DNA from: Chrysemys picta bellii
Lineage: Eukaryota
Direction: 5' to 3'
Assembly: GCF_011386835.1 (NCBI RefSeq)
Contig: NC_088792.1
Span: forward strand, 289,478,001 to 289,542,000
DNA: 64,000 nucleotides
Shown in pieces: positions 10,721 to 22,100 of the stretch (the stretch's first letter is position 1; each line of letters starts with the position of its first letter). The position numbers and the translations under genes were made by a program. Below the pieces are notes generated by a model that made no database searches, had not been told where the DNA came from, and saw only the letters and a list, made by a program, of their open reading frames with translations.

Positions 10721-12235
10721 CCACTATGCTCTGGGGGAGACACCCACACACCCAAGAAGGTGCCCCCCACCCAGCCCCAGTGAGGAACAGGGCGCACACC
10801 ACAGGCTCCACCCACAGCGGACGCCTCCCCAGCAGTGCAGCTCTGTGGAGCCACGTCACGCCCTGGTCAGCGCACGTCTGTCACGCCGCCGAACACGCGT
10901 GGAGGATGGGCCTGCTCGACGGGCACCGCGCCTCGGCCCCCCGGGCACCGCGCCTCTCTTCCCCTGGCGTCACCTCCCAGCCACGCTCAGAGGGAGTGTG
11001 GTGCCCGGTCAGAGCAGGCGAGGACCCCATTCACCCAGAGACCCCCTACACATCTCCTTCCCCCACCCACCACACACAAGCACAGGGCTCAGAGCTGCAA
11101 TCCCCGGCCAACATGGCCGGAGTTCTCTTTCCCACAGAGCATTACCAGCGGCAAATCCAGCCTTGCTAGAGCCTGGCTTGAATGACCCCCAACCACCATC
11201 TTACCCACAGCGACTCAGGAGGGGCAGCAAGCCCAGCCCAGGACGTCAAGTCCCTGATCAATCCCTGAAGCCAGGCAGACCCAAGTTGGATGGCACACGG
11301 GCAAGGGTCTCAGCCCTTACACAGCAAGGCCCTGCCTCGCCACAAAGACGCCGCCGGCGTTGCAGGGCCCTGGGCAGACTGCTCGTGTTTGCTGGGAGCT
11401 GTTCCAAAGCGGCACTGGGGAAAGGAGATAGCCGTGCTCTCATGGAGTGCATTGGAGAGCAGGACGGGGAAATTCAGGCATGAGAGATGCCATGTTTTCC
11501 TTTGGGAATTTTCCCCATTTGTTTGGGGGGACGGGCATTATACACATCTGGGGGGGGGGGGGGGGGGGCACATACACGTGTGACAGGGAGGTTCCAGCCA
11601 AGGTAGCCAAGGCCTGTAGGGGTCTCAGGGGACGAGAAAGCGCTAAAGCCATTTGCCATCCGTGAGCATTAGCAGGAGGAGCAAGGCAGGACCCTGGGAG
11701 AAAGACTCCAGAGAGATGATCCCCACCAGGGCTCCAAGCCCCCACATTGGGGATCACCTCCTCTAATCACCCCTTAAGTCTTCCTGCTGGCAGCCCCACA
11801 GGCCCTCAACACCCTGCAGCAAAGGGACTGCATGCTTACCTTCCAGGAGACAGGCTGGTTCCACCCAGCCCTGCTCCTTGCCCAGGCTCCACCTGCAGGA
11901 ACTGGTTTAGCAGGTGGGTTGGCTGCAGAGTCTGCTTTTAAGGGGAGCCAGCTGGGGCGCGTTGGCTGTGGGGGAGGCAGCGCTCCCTGGGGGAAGGGAG
12001 GGCAGTGCTGTGCTGTGCTGTGGATGGAGCCCAATGGAGAAGGTGGATATTGTTTGGTGTGGCTTAATTTGCCATTCCTAATAAATGGGAGTCTGAAGGA
12101 AAAGTATCTCCTCTGTAAAACGTATTCAGTCAGCTCTTCCTGGCTAGTCCTTCACAACCACAGAGCCCTTTGCCAGCCGGTAAACTGACAAGTAACTCTC
12201 CTAGCCTAGCCCCGAAGGGGCAGGTCTGTAAGTGT

Positions 12236-12300
12236 CATCGGCCCCATTACACAGAGCAGCAAACTGAGGCACAGGGAGGGGAAATGACTTGCCCGAGCCT
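12236..12300 (-). mobile_element. MIR/CORE-SINE core fragment
   Basis: ccccattacacagagcagcaaactgaggcacagggaggggaaatgacttgccc resembles the MIR core consensus. Confidence 0.65.
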
Positions 12301-12639
12301 AGAGCCAGAACTAAAGCTCGGGCATTCGTGGGTCCCAGAGCTGGGCTCTGCCCCTGAGGCCAGGCCAGCAACCTCTGACAGCTGCACCATATTCTACAGT
12401 AACAGCCCAGCACACGGCAGTGTCCCAACTGCAGGAGTCTGGCCCATCACCCGGGTGTACTGTAGCAGCTTTAATAAGGGTCAAGTGGGGAATATTAAAG
12501 CGCAAAGCCCGGTGGTGACTGGGAGGTGAGGAAGGCCTGCTCCGAAGGACACTGTGCCATGGGAGCCACGCAGCCCTCAGAGAAGGACCTGGGAGGTTGG
12601 GTCGCTGGTTGAGGAAAAAAACACGTCCTTCTGAGGGAG

Positions 12640-12750
12640 GCTGACCTTGTGGTTAAGCCACAGGACTGGGAGTCAGGAGACCTGAGTTCCCAGCTCTGCC
12701 CCGATTCACCACATGACCTCGAGCCAGCCACTTTCCCCTCTGTCCCCCGC
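12640..12750 (+). mobile_element. Ancient tRNA-derived SINE head
   Basis: tgtggttaagccacaggactgggagtcaggagacctgagttcccagctctgcc has the tRNA-like A/B-box layout of amniote SINEs. Confidence 0.55.
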
Positions 12751-15700
12751 CCTCTGCAGCTGTGGAACCGTGGCCTCCCACACAGGGAACTAGGAGCCTG
12801 CCCTGGTTAACGTTAGTGAGGCAGGTTGAACTCCGGGGATGGCAAGGGCTGTGGCAGGGCAAAGGGTTGTCCTGGTGTTATGAGATCATCACCCCACGCA
12901 TTAATAAATAAACTGGTGTGACTGTCGCCAGCATCTGGCTTTCCACCCGAAAGCCTCTGCCCGTATCACAGGTGCCAGGAGGATGGCTTTCCCAGCAGTC
13001 CACAGCCCGGAGCCCTATGGCTTCAGTGATACCGGTTGGACTGGCTGTTTGAGGCAGTGCTCTGAGTTGCCTGGTGAAGCCATTCTCCCCTCCATCCAGT
13101 ACAGTTGCATGAAGGGGGAATCTTCTCCCAGCTCCAATCCTGTTTCTGGAGAAACTCCCCGAGTCACAGCGCCAGTGCAGCTCTGCAGGCGCCCTCAGAG
13201 CACAGGGCCCCAGGCAGTTGTCTGGGCCTAGGGCTGGCCCCAGCACAACACCACAAAGTCATTCATTGTTGTGTCCATTAGTAGACGAGGCTGATAGCAC
13301 CAGACGTGCAAAGCCTCCACATTAATCCATAGCCTGTCTCGCAAGCCACCTGTGGGCAACGCCGCCCATGTTAGAGGGTTAGGACGGAGAAGGAAGCCAT
13401 TTCCAGTATCCAGGAAAAGCTAAACCCATTTAGGAGAACTATAATTTTTTTATCTAGCAGCAGCAAGTTCTCCCTAGGACTGCTGGCCCCAAATCTCTCC
13501 TCCTTCCCTACCACTGCCCTGCCAATGTAAATCAAACTTCCCACTCTACACCAGCATGTTCCCTTACTGCCGCCCAGACTGCCTCTCCCCCTGCCGGTCT
13601 CACTGAGTCGCACGTCAGGTGTGGTGTGGAGGTCAGTCTAACCCAGGTACCGGCCAAGATCGATTTTCTGTGCCTCGGGGTTTGGGTGCCCAACTCGAGG
13701 CCCGGTTTTATACAGCGCTGAGCATTCGCTCTCTGAAAATCAGGCCCTTTTAAGGAGTCTCAATTTGGGCCCCCCAAGTCACTTTAAAATCTTGGCCATC
13801 ACATGTGGTGTCCACCCGGATTGTACCCACCAGCGCACACGCAGCCCTTCACTGAGATGCTCATGACACTCGCTGTCCCCTTCACAGCAGCCAGCTGCAA
13901 AACGCGCTCCCTGTGAGCATGCTCCCTGACTGTGAAAGAAGGGGGGAGACAGCACCAGAGCCTCCTGTGAGCATCCAGACGGACAAGCGCCCGAACGGAA
14001 CACGTTGTGCATTAAGCAGTGTTCTCCATCCTGACTGGGTTACTACTGGTTAGTAACCTGCAGATTCCACGTAACGTTGTGTTCTGGTTTCCCCATCACT
14101 GACTCTTGGTGAACTTTGTTATCCCAACTAAATCAATTCCCACTGACCGCTTCCTGGCCAACCCTGCAGCGTAGAGAACAGCAGCTTGGCTTCGCTGTGT
14201 ATTGGGACAGAGGACGGAGGTAAGGGACAGCTCTAACTCACCAGCGCAGCTGCAAGAAGATGCTCCTTCACTAGCTCCCATTTCTTGCCGTCAGTTTGTT
14301 TGGGTCTTGAACAGCTCCTGAGCGGGAGGATGGGAGGAAGAAGAGAGAAAACCCAACTGCATTTGTAGTCCTGCGCGGTCCAGCACTGCAGGAGCGACAG
14401 GGCTGGGAAATACTGCAATAAAACCGAGAGTCTGTGGGGATGCACAGAAGCCTGGTTACAAATAGGTGAGAGAAATGCATCTGTGCCACCTGCTGGAGAA
14501 ACCTAGCTAGCCTTCCCCTCACTGCCCAGAGGAGCCGGCCTCTCACTGAGCGGTGGAGCAGCCGTCTCCCCACGGGTAGGCTCCCAGCCCACACTGGAGA
14601 TGTTATCGTCTGTCCCCACTGTTGGGAGGGTAACGGACGCTTTCTTCTGAGAAGGGCAAAGATCCAGGTCCTCTGCAAGGCCCCAAACCCCAAGGTGACC
14701 CCACTGAGAAGATGATCGCTAGTGTTATGAATGACTAGGATGTGTATTCCCATAGCACCTAGGAGACCCAGGGATGGACAAATACAGAACAAAAGGACAG
14801 TCCCTGCCCAAAGAGCTTAAATGGAAGGATAAGACACGAGACAACAGCTGGGTACAGAGCGACCCGGGGGAGCACGAGGGAACACTGGTCAGCCTGGCAC
14901 GCAGTGTCTGAGCACACCAGCAGCCGAGCCACCCTCCAGCTTCCTGTAAGCTCCCTGGCAAAGGGGAGTTTTCGGGGGGGGGGGGGGTGTGAAGTAGGAC
15001 GATGAGGTACTTTTGCGGATGTTTACGGGGCAGCACGGGAGAAAGCACAAAGGGGCTCGTCTGAAAAATGTAACGAGAGCGATGGAGGCTGGATGAGCTG
15101 GGTAAAACCTTGTTAAGGGTTGAGTGAAAACCTCATTCGAACGGATGTGTGAATATGCCCTTCATTTCAAATACCTGGGAGAGGGGTTAAGGGGCCACAC
15201 CTAACACAGGGCCTCTTCCAGTCTGTCCAGAAACTAGCACCATGCAGGCAGGGGAGCCCAGTGGGTAGTGTGACCGGGGTGCTTGAACGGGGGGGCCAGT
15301 GGGCCATGGTCCCATCACTTTTTACAGGCCATAAGGATGAGCGATGGGGGGCAGAGAGACGTAAGGGGGGGCGAGGTCTTGGAGGAAGGGACAATGCGAG
15401 GGCAGGAGCTCAGGGGGAAGGGGTGGCACAGGGGCAGAGGGTTGGGGGGAAGGGGCAACGTGGGGGGTGGGGCCAAGGTTCGGGCGCCGGTGGCCCCCAC
15501 ACTTTTAGGGAGCGTCCGTCACGCCTGATTGTGACCAGGTGTGTGTGTGAAGACACAGAAACGGAGACCAGGCAGGAACAGCGGGAGAGGTAGAAAGCGA
15601 GAACACCGAGCAGCAGCCTCTGAGCACAGCATGACCTTGGCAAACGGATTCCTGTCCATCTCCAGACCCCCCCTCCCCCCGGGGAGTGACGATTGCTCTA

Positions 15701-16103
15701 GAAGGGACACGATGCTCTGGAGCCAGGGCAGCATGGGGGCTGGGGGGCAGCGTTCCAACCCAGCTTGTTACACGTCCGTTCTAGAATGCTGCCTCTAGAA
15801 CACTCATCCTTCTCCCATCTCTGTGGACACTTCTCCATCCCGTGACCTTGCCCTGCGCCACTGAGCCCTCGGGGGCCAAACTGAAAGATGGGAAGGGCAA
15901 CGCGCTAGGAGACCCCAGTGCTTTGCGTTTCTCCTTTGTCCTTCACCCTCCTGGGGAGCGAAGAGTCATATTTGGACTCTGGTCCCTGTGGCGTTCCCTC
16001 CAGCCCCAGTGCAATCACCGTCCCCACGCCCGCCCCAGCAGGATCGCTCTGCTGCCCTTGCTTTCGCGAGCCTGGGTGGAGCCAAGAACGCGCATTGGGC
16101 GCC

Positions 16104-19100
16104 ATGAAAAGCTGCGCTAAGCGAGAGGCGGACAGGAAGACTTTCCTGGAACAGGTGCGTGAGAGCAAGGAGAATGGCTACCTCCTCTCCTCCAGGAAGA
16201 TTGGCTCTGGGGCCTTCTCCAAAGTCTACCTGGGCTACGCCACCCAAGAGAAGCTAAAACAGAACTACAAGCTGGCCTCAGACCTTCGGAGCAAGCGGCA
16301 CGCCATGGTGAGGACTGCAGGGCCTGGGGGCACAAGGCTGGGAAACGCCAGGGAACCAGCGGGAAAAGGAGCTCAGTCACTGAGCATACGATACCCCTGG
16401 GGGCTCTGCAGGATAAGGCACCGCCCCAGTCCTGCTCTCAGCTCAGAGGTGCAGCGAGTTTGGGGGCACGGATCCATGGGATGTGACCAGCCAGTCTGGT
16501 TGCTCGGGAGAAGCCCAGTCCTGGATAGCAAGGGGTGCTGTGCTCCTGGAGGGTGGGATATTGGCAGAGCCGTGCAGGGGGTGAGCCCCTGGGAAATCAG
16601 GGATGTAACTTACACGCCAAGCCGGCCGGGTGATGGCTGGCATGTGTCTAGGTGGTTCCGTCTGTTTCTTAGGCTCAAAGAAGTCGAAGGGAGTCTGGTG
16701 CCTGGAGCAGCAGCTGGGAGACTGAGTCTCCTGGATGCCCTGGGCAAATTCCATCCCCAAATATTAGCTCTCTGAGCTGGGCCGAGTCCCACTTCCTGTT
16801 CCAAGCCCTGTCCCTCGCTGTGCCGGCCGTGCCGAGCCTCATGCTCCCTGGTCAGGATTTTACCCCGGCTGGGTTGTTCTCTTCCTGTGCAGAATGTTGT
16901 CAGTGGGACTGTACTCGTGGTGGGTTCGCTGTTGTCTCCCGGCCACGTCTCCGCCTGTGGTTGTGTTCTGAATTCTCCCATTCATTTGCTCAGAGTCACC
17001 TGAGGATTTTCTAGGCTGCTAACGATTTGTCTTGATCTCGCAAGCCCTTTCTGCTGTTTGCCCCCAGCCAGCGCCTAGCGCACTGGGGTCCCGGCCCGTG
17101 GCTGGGGCTGCTGGGTCAGACCCAGAACAGTAAAGAACAGCCACTTCTGGCTGCTTTCGGGAATCCTCTAGAACCTGGCCCCATTTCTGGTTTCATTCTT
17201 TAGACTTCACCCCCGCCTTTCTGGGCTGGCTGGTTCTCGCCCTGTCTCTTCCCGGATTGGGTAAAGCAGGCGGGTGACTGATGGGCCGTGGCGGTGACTG
17301 AGGGTGTCCGGTGTCTGGGGGGTGCTGAGCCGGTGAAGAGCTCAGCTGGGCAGAGGACGCTCAGACACTCATTCCCGAGTGATGTGCCGAAGAGACACCC
17401 AGACAGCCCCTTGCCCCCCCCTTCACTTGGGTTTCCCAGACTTGCCTGCCACTGCTGGCTCGGAGAAAAGATATTTCACTCCACATGGTGCTGTACATCT
17501 GGTCACCCCCACCAGTCCTTTCCCCACCTGGCCTCCCTCCAGCCTGCCCCTCTGCTGGGCGTGTCAGTGTCTCCTTTAGGCGCCCGCGGGACTGGCCAGC
17601 CGGAGTCGCTCTCTCTCCAAGGGCCAGGAGGGCTCAGGGTCAGGTTCCCATTCTCCTGCGGGAAACTCAGCAGCCGCCCTCTCCTCTCCTCTCGCAGGTG
17701 GCCATAAAGATCATATCCACAGACAAGGCCCCCTTGGAATATTCCAGAAAGTTCCTCCCGAGAGAAATCTACTCCCTTAATGCAACCTACAAGCACATCA
17801 ATGTGGTGAGTCCCAGCTGCTCCCCCCTTCCCCACCCCGCTGCCTCGGCCAGAGCGGTGTCAATAGGGCACCCAAACTGCACCGGGCGAAGGCCACACAT
17901 TAGCCAGGGATGCTAATCGGCCTTCCTTTGGGGGGCAGCCGGCAGCCATTGCAGCGATTGTCAGTCTCAAGCGGGCAAAGGCCAGCCCAGGCTAGGGGGT
18001 TTAGACACACAGCTCCTAGTGGAATGAATTGTGGAGCTGTGTCTCCTAACCCCCTAGTCAGGCTTGGAAATCTCAGCCTAGGGGCTCAGCCACTGCGTCT
18101 CTTCTTCTCCCAGCTCCACTCAGGTTTTGGGGCCTCCCTTAAAGCACAAGCCCAGGCAATGCGTCCTCCATGGGTAGCCTGGGGCCTCACTCCTCGCAGA
18201 TCCTTGCAGGAGACCTGGGTCTGGTTCCCAGGCCTGGGCTGTCGCTACCCAAGCCTGCCTGGCTGTCTAGGAGCCAGGACTCTACGCCCTGCTGGATCCC
18301 CGGGTGCTATTCCCCAACCCAGCCTCCTGGGCTGACAGCAACCCCTCTGGACGGGACTGGGATTGTCTGGCCTCCAGGGAATCTCGTCACGTTGCCCTGG
18401 GGACATTGGTGCGGGAGCTGCCCCACGCCGCTGCAGGGGCTCTCTGTCCAGGAACGGGCGCGTCTCTCATGGCCCTGTCGCCTCGGCAGATCCAGCTCTA
18501 CGAGATGTACAGGAACAGCAGGCGCACCTACCTCGTGCTCGAGCTGGCCTCCCGCGGCGACCTGCTGGAGCACATCAACGCCACCTCCGACCGCAGGGAG
18601 TGCCCCGGGCTGGAGGAGGAGGAGGCGCGAAGGCTCTTCCGGCAGATCGTCAGTGCCGTGGCACACTGCCACAACGTGGGCATCGTGCACAGGTGGGAGG
18701 GCTGCTGGAGCCTGTGCCATCGCTCCGACATGGAGAGCCCAAGCCCCCAGGGGCCCTGCCAAAGGCTGCGGTGGCAGCTTGACTGGGAGATGCCTGGAGT
18801 TCACCACCATCTGCCCGCATCTGGCGAACCCAGGAGTCCCAGCGCTCATCCCCTTGCTCCGGCCTCTGGAGCATGGGACCTCCCCATAGAATTCACACCC
18901 TGTCCCATATGGCTGCTGTGCTGTAGGGTGTGTGTGGCGGGGGGGGGGGGGGGGGGCTGCAGGGCTTCATCCAGCTGGTGCCCCAGGGTCTAGGGCGGGC
19001 TAGCTCCTTAGCCCCCTGCCTTGTCCTGCTCAGCGTTACTGTCCCAAGTGCTGGGGCTCCCATCGCCGCTCCAGCACGAACATCACTAAAAAACCCAGAG

Positions 19101-22100
19101 TCTGTAAATGCTGCTGCGCAGGGCCCCTGGCCAGCTCACGGCCCCACCGGGTCCCTGCCTGCCCCCTCCCAGGGGAACCTCAACAGGTCTGAAGGTGCCC
19201 TAGTCAGTTTCACACCAGATGCCCCCTCCCAGCATGGGGGGCACATTGGGAGTGGGGGGCCAGACCAGGTGCAAGAGGGGGCAGGCCTGGAGCACACAGG
19301 GCTTCAAACGGTGAAGCAGCCGCTCTGGGACCACTCCAGCCAGTGTAACTTAGTTCAGCCCTTAGGCTACTCTAAGTTATCGTGAGGGCCATTTAATCCC
19401 CCAATGGCCCCAGGATCAGGGCTGATAGAGCCACCTTCCTGCCCACCTCAGCTGTGCGCGCTTAGCATGGCTGGGTACCTGACCCCAGCAGGTATTGGCG
19501 GGGATATATCTCACTGGCAGAGCCATGCAGGGGGCCCATCGCATGCTCACTGGGGCGGGGCCAGGGGATCTCACCGCCCAGTGACATCGGTGCTCCTGCT
19601 TTGTGTTCCCCGCAGAGACCTGAAATGTGAGAATATCCTGCTGGATGAGCGAGGCTTCATTAAGCTGACAGGTGAGCGCTGCCCATTTCGAGGGGCAGGA
19701 ATTGTTTCCCTTCAGCCAGCCCTGGCTAGGCGTCCCTGAGCTGCTCCGTGCTCCGTGCTGGGGCGCTCAGCCTGGGCGCTCGGCGCAGAAGGAAGACGAG
19801 CCATTGCATTTAGGTTATTTTTTACTTTGCTTGTGACACCGGGCGGAGCCCAGCTCCAAACGGGACGCCAGCTTCCATTCAGCGCCTACCTGCCGAGGTT
19901 TCACCAGGGACAGCCCCGCGCTCTTGCTTCCTCATTTCAGTGTGTCTCCTTTGTGCATTTGCCAGCGCCCAGGGCAGAGCCAGCGTCACTGTGTGTGTGG
20001 AGTGAGCCGCTCTCCCACCACAACAGGGAGACACAAACACGGAAGAACTTGGACCTTGTTGCAAAGTCACAGAAATCAGCTGGGGACTGCAGGGAACCTC
20101 AGTCTGCTTGGAACTCAGGGTCTTAACTGATTAGATTTCAGGTTTCACAGGCAAAAGGGCCCCTACAGATCATCTAGCCTTGCGACCCTCCCCTGGTGAT
20201 CCCTGCATCCAGCCCATAGCTTCTGTGGGAGCTACAGCAATCTTTCGAGTCTTAATCCAGACCCCAAGTAATGCTCCCCACCATGATCCAATGGTTAATA
20301 CCATCACGGCGCTCCTCATTTCTAGTTTGAATGTCTCGCTTCATCTTCTAGCCATTGAACCGTGTCCTGCCTCTGCCTGCGAGATTAAAGAGAGGTCTGC
20401 TCTAGGAATCTCTTCCTCTCGTAGGAACCCACGGGCTGTGCTCAAGTCACCCCCTAACCTTCTCGGGGATGTATTCAGTAAACTGAGCTCCTTCACTCTC
20501 TCACTCAGGCCGGTTTTCCAGCCCTCGACTCATCCTTGTAGCTCTTCTCCAAACCCTTCCCAGTTTGTCAACGTCTTTGTTCAAGTGAGTGTCCAGGGAC
20601 GGGCTCACTCGTGCTGTACGCAGAGGTAACACCCCTCCTTGCTCCCGTCCTTCTCCTGCTTAGCCATCCGAGGACCACGTTCCCTCTCTGATACAGCGCT
20701 GCCCTGGGAGCTCACGTTCAGTTGGTTCCCAACTGTGATCCCTGAGTCCTATTCACTGTCCCTGCTTCCAGGACACAGCCCCGTCCCACAAGTGTGACCC
20801 ACATTCTTTGTTCCTAGGTGTGCGACCTGGCATTTTGGGGGGGGGTGAAACACAAGTTGTTCAGTGACCATTGACAGCATCCCTTTAATGCTCATGTAAC
20901 GGTCACATGGCCCATCAGCCCCCACCCGACAAACACTCACGCAAGTAACCCCACTGAGCTATGGGGGTACACTGCCCAGCTTGTCTTGGAACTGGGTCTA
21001 CCCGCGTCAGTCCCGGGGCAGCCGGGGCAGCACTTAGTGCAGAGAAGCTGTCACCTCAGTGAATTTTGCATTTTGCTCTAGGGGCGGCCTGGCTCCGGGT
21101 CTTGTGTTTCTTTGGCAGGGAGGTCCAGAGTCTTGGTCCACCTCTGGGGAAGGGTCTGTTTCCTACACTCATGAACCTCCCCCTCTCAGCTGCCAGTTTC
21201 CATTGGCCTGTAAAGTCATGGTCTCCCTCAAGGGGAGTCCAGGCTCCAGGCCCAGTCAGTTCCTGGGCTCCCCTCCGAGACCACCGCTGAGGGTGCAGGC
21301 TGGCACCAGCGGCAGTGATGTGCCACTGGGAACGGGACCGAACTCATTCCACCTGGGCCGTTGAGCAGCCATCAGACAGCAGGGCCTTTTCCTCATGCCA
21401 TCTGGGCTGGGTTCTATCCAGTCACCTAAGAGGTGAAAGGCTCTGGCGCACAGGATCAATCCCTCGAGGCACCTGCTCCTCTGGGTGCAGCTTTACGGGG
21501 TGCCTCTGCAATCCATGCAAGTTAGGTGCCTAAATACCTTTGAGGGTCTGGGCCCAAGAAAGGAGGGGGGGGCGGGCCTGTTGTCCTTCAACTGGATTCA
21601 AATCAGCCATTAGGTCACTGCTGAATCTGAGTTTGGGGGCCTGATCCCTACACCTCCTGTCACAGTCGCCCAGAGCACCAAGCCTGGACAGCTCAGGCTG
21701 GAGGCGTGGTGTGGCGTGGCATGGGCAGAGCTGTGTGAGAGCCCTGCACTGGGGGGCCAGACTGCTGACCTGGTCGGTTGTGGGTGGGTGGGGAGAGAGA
21801 AAGGCCACGTCCCCCTCGGCTCCCATCGCTATGGGGGCCAGGCCATGGAGCAGGCATCTCACCAGGGGTCGTTGCATTACAGATTTTGGGTTTGCCAACC
21901 GCTACTCCTTGAGGAATTCCCTGATGAGCACGTTCTGCGGCTCTGTGGCCTACACCGCCCCCGAAATCCTCATGAGCAAGAAGTACAACGGCGAGCTGGC
22001 TGACCTGTGGAGCCTGTGAGCGCCAGTTTCCTGCGGGGAGGGACAGGGCCTGTGGGAAGCAGGAGCTCCCTGGAGTGGGGAGAGGAGCCTGTCACTTCCT

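Noticed and set aside
9362-11483. 326-aa and 368-aa ORFs around the MROH1 promoter
   Set aside because: CpG-island and VNTR read-through with low-complexity Pro/Gly composition and no motifs.
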